64,000 nt of DNA. Origin: Clostridiales bacterium (GTDB lineage: Bacteria; Bacillota; Clostridia; Oscillospirales; Oscillospiraceae). Location of the stretch: contig JAJQCJ010000004.1 in the NCBI GenBank assembly GCA_021202775.1, positions 4,517 through 68,516 on the forward strand, read 5' to 3'. This document shows, one piece after another, positions 40,658 through 48,929 of this stretch (the stretch's first letter is position 1; each line of letters begins with the position of its first letter). A program made the translations under genes and the position numbers. The notes beneath the pieces were generated by a model. The model searched no databases, had not been told where the DNA came from, and was given only the letters and a program-made list of their open reading frames with translations.

Positions 40658-42220
40658 ATGATTAAAACCATTCTAAAGGAAAGGAGCTTCCAATTGACCG
40701 GTAAAGATCTCATCAAAGAAAAAATCAAAGAAGCCATAGCCTCCGTACTGCCCATCACTGTGGTGGTGGCGCTGCTGTGCTTCTTTTTCATCCCCGTCAG
40801 CACAGGGCTGCTGCTGTCCTTCCTGGTGGGCTCGCTGCTGCTGATTGTGGGCATCGGCCTGTTCACCCTGGGGGCAGATATGGCCATGTCCCCCATTGGG
40901 ATGCACATCGGCGCGAAGATGACAAAAACCCGTCGCCTGTGGCTCATCCTGCTGCTCAGCTTCGTCCTGGGGGTGGCGGTGACCCTGGCGGAGCCGGATT
41001 TACAGGTGCTGGCGGGCAATGTGCCGGGCATCGACACCACCGTACTGATGTGGACGGTGGCGGCAGGGGTGGGGCTGTTCCTGATGCTCTGTATGCTCCG
41101 GGCGCTGTTCCACATTCCGCTGCGGGCGCTGCTGCTCCTCAGTTACGGGCTGGTGTTTCTGCTGGCCGCCCGCTCTGACCCGGACTTCCTGGCGGTGGCC
41201 TTCGACGCCGGAGGCGTCACCACAGGGCCCATGACGGTGCCCTTCATTATGGCCCTGGGTGTGGGCATCACCGCCATCCGCAGCGATGAAAACGCCAGGT
41301 CCGACAGCTTCGGCCTGGTGGCCCTGTGCTCCGTCGGCCCGGTGCTGGCGGTGCTGATTTTGGGCTTCCTCTACCCGAACAGCACCGGCGGGGCGGCGGA
41401 GACCATTGTGCAGGACTTTGCCGACACCGTGGCTTTGGGCACCGGCTACCTGGCCAGCCTGCCCACCTATCTGGAGGAGGTGGCCACCGCCCTTCTGCCC
41501 ATCTTCGCCTTCTTTCTGGTGTTTCAGGTGGCGTCCCTCCGCCTGCAAAGGGTGCCCTTCCTGCGGATTCTGGTGGGGGTGCTGTATACTTATGTAGGGC
41601 TGGTGCTGTTCCTGACCGGTGCCAATGTGGGCTTCTCCTCCCTGGGCTATGTGCTGGGCGGGGCCATTGCGGAGAGCCGTTATCCCTTCCTGCTGGTGCC
41701 CCTGGCCATGCTGATGGGCTGGTTCATCATCAACGCGGAGCCTGCCGTCCATGTGCTGAACAAACAGGTGGAGGAGGTCAGCGCCGGGGCCATCTCCGCC
41801 GGGGCGATGAAGTGGAGCCTCTCCATCGCCATCGCCGTGGCCACAGGGCTTGCCATGGTACGGGTGCTGACGGGGGTTTCCATCCTGTGGTTCGTGTTGC
41901 CGGGGTATATGATTGCGTTGGCCCTGTCCTTCTTCGTGCCGGAGACCTTTACTGCCATCGCCTTTGACTCCGGCGGCGTGGCCTCCGGCCCCCTGACCGC
42001 CACCTTCCTGCTGCCCTTCGCCATGGGGGCCTGCTCCGCCCTGGGTGGGAATATTATGACGGACGCCTTCGGCCTGGTGGCGCTGGTGGCCATGACGCCG
42101 TTGATCACGGTGCAGGTCATGGGCGTCGTCTATGTGGTGAAAACCCGCCGGGCCGCCGTCCGTCCGCCGGTGCCGGACTTTGCCGACCATGACGTGATCG
42201 AGCTTTGGGAGGTGTCTTAA
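40658..42220 (+). CDS. DUF1538-family integral membrane protein (two tandem halves)
   Basis: About 520 aa, polytopic. The two halves share AFDAGGVTTGPMTVPFIMALG and AFDSGGVASGPLTATFLLPFAMG. The start is uncertain: ATG 40658, or TTG 40694, which has the stronger RBS (AAAGGAAAGGAG, 7-nt spacing). Confidence 0.7.
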   Translation: MIKTILKERSFQLTGKDLIKEKIKEAIASVLPITVVVALLCFFFIPVSTGLLLSFLVGSLLLIVGIGLFTLGADMAMSPIGMHIGAKMTKTRRLWLILLLSFVLGVAVTLAEPDLQVLAGNVPGIDTTVLMWTVAAGVGLFLMLCMLRALFHIPLRALLLLSYGLVFLLAARSDPDFLAVAFDAGGVTTGPMTVPFIMALGVGITAIRSDENARSDSFGLVALCSVGPVLAVLILGFLYPNSTGGAAETIVQDFADTVALGTGYLASLPTYLEEVATALLPIFAFFLVFQVASLRLQRVPFLRILVGVLYTYVGLVLFLTGANVGFSSLGYVLGGAIAESRYPFLLVPLAMLMGWFIINAEPAVHVLNKQVEEVSAGAISAGAMKWSLSIAIAVATGLAMVRVLTGVSILWFVLPGYMIALALSFFVPETFTAIAFDSGGVASGPLTATFLLPFAMGACSALGGNIMTDAFGLVALVAMTPLITVQVMGVVYVVKTRRAAVRPPVPDFADHDVIELWEVS

Positions 42221-42271
42221 ACGGAACTCTACTATATCATCAGCATCATCGACCGGGACAGGGCCAGGGAA

Positions 42272-42895
42272 ATGGCCGCCCTCTGCCGGGATACGGGGCT
42301 GAACCTGGTGCTCACCAATCTGGGGGAGGGCACCGCCACCCGGCAGCAGCTCTCCCGCTACGGTCTGGACCGCACGGAGAAGGCGGTGGTCAGCGCAGTG
42401 GCCGGGGCGGACGCCAGGAAGCGGGTGTTCAAAGCCGCGAAACGGAGGCTGTCTATCGACATTCCGGGCAACGGCATCCTGATGGCCGTCCCCGTGAAAA
42501 GCGTAGGAGGCGGCAGAACGCTGACCTATCTGACAGACAGCAAAGTACCCAACGGAGGTGTGCCGGATATGAAGTTTGAATATGAACTGATCGTCGCCAT
42601 CCTGAATGAAGGCTATGCCGACATGGTGATGGACGCGGCCCGGTCCGCCGGGGCCGCGGGAGGAACGGTGCTCCACGCCAGGGGCACCGGCGCGGGGGAG
42701 ACGGAGCGGTTTTTCAGCGTGTCCCTGGCGGAGGAGAAGGACGTGATTTACATCGTCTCCACAGGGAAGGAGAAGGCGGCCATTATGCGCGCCATCAGCA
42801 GCCAGGCCGGGCCGGAGACCAGGGCGGGGGCCATCTGCTTCTCCCTGCCGGTTTCCTCGGTGGCGGGGCTGCGCCGGCTGGACGACGACGAATAG
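42272..42895 (+). CDS. tandem P-II-like (GlnB-fold) protein. The first canonical start lies inside the first beta-strand.
   Basis: It contains two ~100-aa P-II-like units; the second starts MKFEYELIVAILNEGYADMVMDAARSAGAAGGTVLHARGTG. P-II-like sequence (TELYYIISIIDRDRARE) already begins at 42221, right after the in-frame TAA of the DUF1538 gene. No ATG, GTG or TTG occurs before 42272. Confidence 0.65.
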   Translation: MAALCRDTGLNLVLTNLGEGTATRQQLSRYGLDRTEKAVVSAVAGADARKRVFKAAKRRLSIDIPGNGILMAVPVKSVGGGRTLTYLTDSKVPNGGVPDMKFEYELIVAILNEGYADMVMDAARSAGAAGGTVLHARGTGAGETERFFSVSLAEEKDVIYIVSTGKEKAAIMRAISSQAGPETRAGAICFSLPVSSVAGLRRLDDDE

Positions 42896-42912
42896 GGCAG
42901 CAAAAAGAGAAC

Positions 42913-42956
42913 CTCTGCGCAGCGGGCGAAAGGCCGCAGCTGCGCAGAGTTTTTTT
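42913..42956. terminator. bidirectional rho-independent terminator
   Basis: ctctgcgcagc (42913-42923) pairs with gctgcgcagag (42939-42949), followed by ttttttt. An A-run on the left side serves the convergent gene. Confidence 0.75.
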
Positions 42957-42968
42957 GCCGGCCGGGGT

Positions 42969-43487
42969 TCACTTCACCCGCAGCCTGCCGCAGTTTTTGC
43001 ACTTGCCGAACACGGACAGTTCGCCGCCGCAGTGGAGGCAGCGGCCTGACCGCATGGGGTTATAGGGGGTGTTCTCAAAGGCGGTCTGGCCCACCTCCTC
43101 CACCCCACCCTGGGTGTTCACCATCTTCAGGTTGATGCAGCCGGAGAAGGCCCCGTCCTCAATGAGCCGGACGCTGGCGGGGATGGTGATGGCCGCCAGG
43201 CGGCGGTTGTCCTGAAACGCCCCTTCCTCAATCACCCGAATACAGTCGGGCAGGGTGAGGGAGGCGGCCCGGCCGGTGTACGCCACCAGCACGCCGTTGC
43301 GCACGTCCAGATACTTCCAGTTTTGCAGGGAGCGGTACAGACGCTCCGTCCGCTCGTCCCCCACGCCCAGCTCCAGCGTCCGCCGCACCAGCCGCTCCGC
43401 ATCGGCAAAGCTGCCCTCCTTGATGTACTGATCCACCAGCCTGGCCCACCGGGCCGCCTGGGATGACCGTTCCTGTTCTGCCGCCAT
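42969..43487 (-). CDS. BspA-type leucine-rich-repeat protein with C-terminal zinc ribbon
   Basis: 172 aa with LRR_5-like units (LTLPDCIRVIEEGAFQDNRRLAAITIPASVRLIEDGAFSGCINL) and a terminal CLHCGG..CKNCG. Confidence 0.6.
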   Translation of the reverse strand: MAAEQERSSQAARWARLVDQYIKEGSFADAERLVRRTLELGVGDERTERLYRSLQNWKYLDVRNGVLVAYTGRAASLTLPDCIRVIEEGAFQDNRRLAAITIPASVRLIEDGAFSGCINLKMVNTQGGVEEVGQTAFENTPYNPMRSGRCLHCGGELSVFGKCKNCGRLRVK

Positions 43488-43619
43488 GGTTCTGCCTCCC
43501 GTGTGTCGTTTTTGATACTTTCATAGTACATGGTTCCGGGCCGTTTGTCAAACGGAACGGAGCGGTACCCTCAAAAAAACAGACACAGGATTTGACCGCC
43601 GGTGCCGCAGGATAAAAAA

Positions 43620-44242
43620 TCAACGCCTCCAAAGTAGCTTCACCTTCACGTTCATTTTTTCTTTCTCTTCCTGGCTGGTGAGCAGTCGGCCAAACACCAG
43701 CCCTGTGATGAGCAGAAATCCGACACAAACCGCCGTCGCCCCGCTGGTCAGATACAGCGCCGCCAGTGTGCAGAAGTAGGTGACCAGCGTGCGATAGTAG
43801 TGGGGCGTGATTTGCAGACACAGGGAGAACAGGAGGAAGAAGGCGGCGAAAATTGCTACCGGTTTGATTGCCGGCAGCAGGCCCAGAAGGCAGCCAAAGG
43901 TGACTGCGATTCCCTTTCCGCCCTGAAAGCAGTAGAAAACCGGCAGAATGTGCCCCAGCACAGGGGCCGTCATCACCAGAGACAGCCAGGGGTCATTCCA
44001 CGGGGACACACCGGAGCCCGCCAGGTAGAGCCCCACGGGGAGCGCCCCTTCAGCAGGTCGCCGCAGAGGGTGAGCAGGCCGCACCGGAAGCCGCCGTAGC
44101 GGAAGGCGTTGAACGCCCCCGGATTTTGATCCGGGCTCTCCTCAATGGCACCCTTCCGGTGAAACAGCCGCTCCGCTATCCGGGCAAACAAAACGGAACC
44201 GGACAGATAGCCGATGATTGTGTAAAAAATGGCTCTTTTCAT
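43620..44242 (-). pseudogene. plsY: PlsY-family glycerol-3-phosphate acyltransferase-like gene, frame broken at a 4-nt homopolymer
   Basis: Track ORFs 43973-44242 (..NPGAFNAFRYGG..LCGDLLKG) and 43620-44084 (ALPVGLY..VLGHILPVFYCFQGGKGIAVTFG..) are consecutive parts of one PlsY-like protein. Adding one G to the gggg run (plus-strand cccc 44045-44048) restores GDLLKGALPVG. Confidence 0.75.
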
Positions 44243-44344
44243 CCAATCTCTCTCCTCTTATCTCCGCAGATATGGGGCCTCCCCTGCGCCGAAAAACGGA
44301 ACGCAGGCCCGCCGGGTGCTGCCCCGGCAGGCCTGCGCTGTCTG

Positions 44345-44659
44345 TTAGAAATGACCGCCGTGAGGGCCGCCGGGTCCGCCCATGGGACCGCCGGGGCCGC
44401 CCATCGGGCCGGGGCCGGGGCCAGGGCCGGGACGTCTGGGGCGGCGGGGACGGATCAGCCGACGCAGGAGGCTGGCCCCTGCGGCAACGCCTGCCACCGT
44501 CCCGGCGACTTTGACCGCATCGGACGCGGTAAACGAACCGTTGCTGCTGTTCGCCGCGGCGTCATTCGCGGCTGTTCCGGCAAGGCTGATACCACAGTTG
44601 GAGCAGAATTTTGCATTCTCTGACAGTTCAGCCCCGCAGTTTTCACAATACTTGGCCAT
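44345..44659 (-). CDS. zinc-ribbon protein with Gly/Pro-rich tail (hypothetical)
   Basis: ATG at 44659 after AAGGAG, 104 aa. It reads MAKYCENCGAELSENAKFCSNCG, then one hydrophobic segment, then RPRRPRRPGPGPGPGPMGGPGGPMGGPGGPHGGHF. Confidence 0.6.
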   Translation of the reverse strand: MAKYCENCGAELSENAKFCSNCGISLAGTAANDAAANSSNGSFTASDAVKVAGTVAGVAAGASLLRRLIRPRRPRRPGPGPGPGPMGGPGGPMGGPGGPHGGHF

Positions 44660-44908
44660 AGTGGAACACTCCTTTGCTGTTTGATAAGAAAAGTATAACA
44701 CCCTTCCGACATGGAAAACATGAACGTTCCGTGAACAAACGCCCGTATTTGTACCCCAATTTTGAACATTTGGGCAGTTTTTGCCTGCCGTGTCAGGCCG
44801 GAGCGCCGCTGCCGGTTTTCCCGGAACACAAACATCCCCCGCCGGAAGCCCGGCGGGGGATGCGGTTTGCTGCAAACTGGAAAGCGATGGCAAACGTGAA
44901 CAGGCTGC

Positions 44909-46747
44909 TTAGAACGTTTGCACCAGTTCCGCAGCGGACCAGGTAGCGTTTAGGAGGTTGGAGACCGTCTTGCAGTCGCCGATCAGGTGGATCTTCTCGC
45001 CATAGAGATCCTTGATTTCGTCATACAGCGTCGTATTGGGGAGGTAGCCCACAGAGGCGATGACAGTATCGCAGTCAATGCAGTGCTGCTCACCGGCGAC
45101 GGAATAATAGACTTTCCCCTTTTCAAACTTTTCGACGGAGGCCGACAGGTGAACCGGGATCTGATAGTACTTGATGATCTGCTGCAGCATCTGACCGTTG
45201 GCGGCGCATACCACGTCCATACCCAGAATGCTGTCCTTCATCTCAACGACTTCGACATGCTTCCCGCTGAGAACCATGTCGTAGGTCAGCTCGATGCCGG
45301 TCAGTCCGCCGCCGATCACGACCACATTCTGCCCGACTTCCTTTCTCCCCCGCAGCGCATCGATGGCGCTGATGACTTCCACATCTTCTATGCCGGGGAT
45401 GCCGCGGAGCGTGCGCGCCGTGGCGCCGGTTGCGACGATGATTTCATCAAAGTCCAGCGTTTCCAGCAGTTCCTTCGTCACAGGTGTATTCATGTGGAAA
45501 ACCACGACGGCCTTCTGACACTCGTCAATGTACCACTGAATGAGCCGGCGGTCCGCAGCCTTAAAGGACATGGAGCTTGCCGCGATAAAGGCGCCGCCCA
45601 GCTCGCCGCTGGCCTCGTACAGGTCAACCGTATGCCCCTTCTTGCGCAGATCCAGCGCAGCCTCCATGCCGGCGATGCCGCCGCCCACGATGAAGAACTT
45701 CTTCGGGGCGTCCGTCACCTCGTATTTGTAGTCGATCTCCGCGCAGCATTCCGGGTTGATTGCGCAGCCCATCCGCTTCCCCTGGAACAGTCTGCCCAGG
45801 CAGCCGATCTGGCAGCCAATGCAGGGCTTGATGGTTTCCTTCTGCCCTGCCATGGCCTTGTTGGGCCACTGGGGGTCGGCCAGCAGAATGCGCGCCATGG
45901 ACACGCCGTCAATGCGTCCGTCCGCAATCGCCTGGCCGCAGACATCCGGATCGGCCATCTTGCCGGCGCAGAACACCGGAATGTTCACATACTTCTTGAT
46001 GAACGCGGCGTCATCCAGATTGCAGTATTCCGGCATGTAGACCGGGGGATGCGGCCAGAACCAGGAGTCGTAGGTGCCGTTATCGACGTCCAGCGCGGCG
46101 TAGCCGATCTTTTCCAGGTACTGGGCGACCTCGATGCTGTCCTCGTAGTCACGGCCGAACTCCTTGTAGGTTTCGCCCGGCAGAGCGCCATCGTTGAAGC
46201 CCTTCATCTTGCTGACGACAGAATAACGCATCAGGACAGGGAAATCGTCCCCGCAGGACTCGTGAACCGCGTCGATGATCTCCTTGCAGAAGCGAAGCCG
46301 CCCTTCCACGTCTCCGCCGAATTCGTCTGTGCGGTTGTTCATGGATTTAATGGCAAACTGGTCCAGCAGGTACCCTTCATGAACCGCGTGAACCTCAATG
46401 CCGTCAAAGCCTGCGGCCTTGGCAACGACGGCACCCTTGCGGAACCCGTCAATATAGTAGGTGCGAATCTCATCCGCGGTCAGGGCGCGGTGCTTCAGGC
46501 TGGGTACCCAGACATTCGGCAGGCCATCGCTGGGGCCGATGGGGTCAGCGCCGCTGGAAAGCCAGATGGGATTCTGACGGCCTGTGCCGGCGGTCAGCTG
46601 CGTGATGATTTTGCACCCGTACTGATGTACGCCGTCTGTCAGAGGCTTCATCCCATCGATATAGGCCTGTCCGGCGATGGAAATGGTCGTGGCATCGGCA
46701 TCTGCCTCAAATTTGTTCTGCACCTGGGCCGCGCCGGTGGTGATCAA
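44909..46747 (-). CDS. 2-enoate / 2,4-dienoyl-CoA reductase-like flavoprotein (OYE barrel + FAD/NAD domain), probably 5'-truncated
   Basis: It has a 4Fe-4S motif CIGCQIGCLG..C and dinucleotide folds FFIVGGGIAGMEAA and VVVIGGGLTGIE. Homology begins at AKGGVGLITTG, about 45 residues into typical family members. Only a TTG without an RBS is available as a start. Confidence 0.75.
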   Translation of the reverse strand: MITTGAAQVQNKFEADADATTISIAGQAYIDGMKPLTDGVHQYGCKIITQLTAGTGRQNPIWLSSGADPIGPSDGLPNVWVPSLKHRALTADEIRTYYIDGFRKGAVVAKAAGFDGIEVHAVHEGYLLDQFAIKSMNNRTDEFGGDVEGRLRFCKEIIDAVHESCGDDFPVLMRYSVVSKMKGFNDGALPGETYKEFGRDYEDSIEVAQYLEKIGYAALDVDNGTYDSWFWPHPPVYMPEYCNLDDAAFIKKYVNIPVFCAGKMADPDVCGQAIADGRIDGVSMARILLADPQWPNKAMAGQKETIKPCIGCQIGCLGRLFQGKRMGCAINPECCAEIDYKYEVTDAPKKFFIVGGGIAGMEAALDLRKKGHTVDLYEASGELGGAFIAASSMSFKAADRRLIQWYIDECQKAVVVFHMNTPVTKELLETLDFDEIIVATGATARTLRGIPGIEDVEVISAIDALRGRKEVGQNVVVIGGGLTGIELTYDMVLSGKHVEVVEMKDSILGMDVVCAANGQMLQQIIKYYQIPVHLSASVEKFEKGKVYYSVAGEQHCIDCDTVIASVGYLPNTTLYDEIKDLYGEKIHLIGDCKTVSNLLNATWSAAELVQTF

Positions 46748-46869
46748 CCCAACGCCGCCCTTGGCCCCAGTCTGCTGTGCGCACTGTATCTGTCGGATAT
46801 CCAGCAGGGATTTACGCTCTTTTCCCCGTACAACCGGTATGACCTGGATACCAGCGCCTCCAGGGGCAT

Positions 46870-47053
46870 CAAACTCCAGGTCGAAATCGTGAGAAAGGGA
46901 CAGAAAACAGGGGAAATCAGAGCCGGCGACCCTGTTATGATGGTCCGGGCATTCCTGGCCGCGGTGACGGGTGTCGCGCTGGCCTGGAGCAGCGGCGGCG
47001 GAGTGATGGATGAAAAGGAGGAGCTGCGGAAGGTGTTTGATATTATTTTTTGA
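46870..47053 (+). pseudogene. TetR-family regulator, C-terminal fragment only
   Basis: The tail of track ORF 44987-47053 reads IKLQVEIVRKGQKTGEIRAGDPVMMVRAFLAAVTGVALAWSSGGGVMDEKEELRKVFDIIF*, a typical TetR_C end. No HTH-coding part exists upstream, because that space is occupied by the opposite-strand reductase. Confidence 0.5.
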
Positions 47054-47295
47054 TACATGGCAAAGCCGGCCGAGGCGAGCGGAGCCTCAGCCAACGAAAT
47101 GTTCCTCCGGCGTGTGGAGCAGCTGAGGTATCCTGCTGCGCTGCCTTATGTGAAGCGTGGGACGGCGTGAGTCTGGTGTGTCTGCTGCCGTTCGCAACGC
47201 AGAAAAATGTATAAAATCCTCCATTTTACAGAGAATACGTTCAGCAGACAGGGCAGGAAAGAACCGTGTAGAGACAGAAGATGGAGGAGCTTGCG

Positions 47296-47376
47296 ATGAA
47301 GGCAACGGGTATTGTAAGGCGGATTGACTATGAGGTTATAATGGGGACACGGTTAGAAGCCGTGAAAACAGGGTAG
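47296..47376 (+). pseudogene. AbrB/SpoVT-family regulator, first 11 codons only
   Basis: GGAGGAG RBS followed by MKATGIVRRID, the canonical AbrB-type N-terminus. The sequence then becomes unrelated and stops after 26 codons. Confidence 0.35.
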
Positions 47377-47679
47377 GTTCGCTGATTTTGTCCACTTTCA
47401 GAACGAATAGATCCCATGCCAGCGGAGGTAAAACCACAAGTTCATAGTACCGCACAGAGCGCCGGTTTGCAATGACATCGTTGACCAACCGGCGCTCTTG
47501 CCTGTTTACAGTTCAATTTCAATGTTCAAATGTGCCAAAGAGGGGCTGAACAAATACGAGGGGGTGTATATAAAGCGTCACAGCGTCACTTGCGTCACAG
47601 GCAAGGGGACAACCACAGACAGAGTACATGGCTATGCGTACAGCCTTGTACCCTGTCACCGTTTTGAGAGGAGGATTTT

Positions 47680-47856
47680 ATGCAAACAACAGAACCGAAG
47701 GAAAATGAAAAATATATGTAAGGTGGCGGCTTCCATGTCGTGAAGGGCAAGACCACTTATGAGGTTTCACTGTTTTTCAACAAGAACAGCAAAGTAACTC
47801 TGGAGGAAAAATTGAAGCGTCTTATTCGCCAGGACGTGAAAAACGAGGACTTTTAA
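47680..47856 (+). pseudogene. TnpW-like small conjugative-transposon protein, two frameshifts
   Basis: GAGAGGAGG RBS. The product is split over three frames: MQTTEPKENEKYM*, then ..NICKV.., then GGFHVVKGKTTYEVSLFFNKNSKVTLEEKLKRLIRQDVKNEDF*. The shifts fall at an a5 run and at gtgg. Confidence 0.45.
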
Positions 47857-47888
47857 TTTCCGAAAAATTAAGTCTTGACAAGAAGAAC

Positions 47889-48356
47889 TTGAAGGGCAGC
47901 ATTGTAGTCGAGTGCGGGAATGCCATGTTGAAGCATGGGTATCGCCTGAAAATCTTCAATACTATCAACTTCAAGAAGTCGATGCACTACAATCCCTTCG
48001 CCTATATCCACAGCGAGAAGGACATCTTGAAGCTGGTCACGACCCCTATCACTAACACCAAGGGCAACGGCAAGGGCGGCGATCCTTTCTGGGAGAAGGC
48101 GGAGACCCTGCTCTATACAGCGCTGATTGGGTATATCCACTACGAAGCGCCGGTGGAGGAGCAGGACTTTGCCATCCTCATCGAGTTCATTAATGCGATG
48201 GAAGTGTGGGAGGATGACGAGACCTTTGAAAATCCGGTAGACCTGATGTTCAAGGAACTGAAGAAAAAGAACCCAAATCACTTTGCGGTGCGGCAATATG
48301 CCAAGTTCAAACTATCCGCAGGTAAGACGGTGAAAGAAGGAGGAAACCAAACCTGA
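47889..48356 (+). pseudogene. VirD4/TraG-type conjugative coupling protein, internal fragment
   Basis: ..LKHGYRLKIFNTINFKKSMHYNPFAYIHSEKDILKLVTTPITNTKG..DPFWEKAETLLYTALIGYIHYEAPVEEQ..HFAVRQYAKFKLSAGKT matches the middle of Firmicutes ICE coupling proteins. The Walker A N-terminus and the C-terminus are missing. Confidence 0.6.
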
Positions 48357-48657
48357 GCCGGATGCCCGCAAGTCCCTGGGGAGATGCCCGGCCTGCGGTT
48401 CCGATGTGGTGGAGCACCCCAAGTCCTACGCCTGCTCCAACCGGCAATGTAACTTTGCCCTCTGGAAGAGCAACCGATACTTCGAGGCCATTGGCAAGCG
48501 GATGACCGAAAGCGTGGCGAAACGGCTCCTGAAAACCGACTCTGTCCGCATGAAGGACTGCTATTCCAGAAGATTGGACAGGTATTCTGACGCAACCATC
48601 TTCCTGGACTTCGACGAGACCGGCAAAGTCCAGTACAGAATGGAAAAAGGGATGTAA
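48341..48657 (+). pseudogene. ICE-type DNA topoisomerase III, C-terminal zinc-finger fragment
   Basis: ..GRCPACGSDVVEHPKSYACSNRQCNFALWKSNRYFEAIGKRMTESVAKRLLK.. is the C-terminal Zn-finger tail of conjugative-element TopB. It opens right after a TGA at about 48338. Confidence 0.5.
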
Positions 48658-48674
48658 AAGGAGGGGTTCAAGAT

Positions 48675-48872
48675 GGCAGCTTTCGAGATTCCTCTCTTGT
48701 CGGCCCCATTCTTCTGCATTGTCTCACCGTGGGCGGCGCTGAAAATGACAATGTGCGCGCTGTTCTGCCTGCTAATGGTTTACCTGCTCTCCTCTGCCGC
48801 CGAGAGGTACGTGCCGATGCCGGAGCCGCCGACGGAGCGCGCATAGAGCTGAAAAAAACAAACAGAAAATAA
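48675..48872 (+). CDS. small hydrophobic ORF (65 aa by my reading), hypothetical
   Basis: AAAGGAGGGG RBS 6 nt upstream. The product is MAAFEIPLLSAPFFCIVSPWAALKMTMCALFCLLMVYLLSSAAERYVPMPEPPTERIELKKTNRK. It is not listed in the supplied ORF track, so the coordinates need checking. Confidence 0.25.
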   Translation, partial: GSFRDSSLVGPILLHCLTVGGAENDNVRAVLPANGLPALLCRREVRADAGAADGARIELKKTNRK

Positions 48873-48929
48873 AAAATCGGACGCGCCGACTTGCTTGGTG
48901 CGTCCGATTTACTTTGTTTGCCCGTGCTG

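Larger units (their letters stand above)
47296..48657 (+). mobile_element. remnant of a Firmicutes integrative conjugative element (gene fragments only)
   Basis: It holds an AbrB-like 5' stub, a frameshifted TnpW-like gene, an internal VirD4/TraG fragment and a TopB 3' end. All lie on the same strand and are juxtaposed without the genes that normally separate them. Confidence 0.65.

Noticed and set aside
39083-42676. ORFs 39083-40495(+) and 41000-42676(-)
   Set aside because: They are antisense to the beta-CASP hydrolase and to the DUF1538/P-II genes, and they have no motifs.
44987-46860. Bulk of the 688-aa plus-strand ORF 44987-47053
   Set aside because: It is antisense to the reductase gene. 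Only its last ~60 codons (46870-47053) look like genuine coding sequence (a TetR C-terminal fragment), and that part is reported separately.
47057-47170. 37-codon ORF MAKPAEASGASANEMFLRRVEQLRYPAALPYVKRGTA right after the TetR fragment
   Set aside because: There is no RBS, no recognisable family and the ORF is very short. It is possibly another gene fragment, but the evidence is too weak to call.
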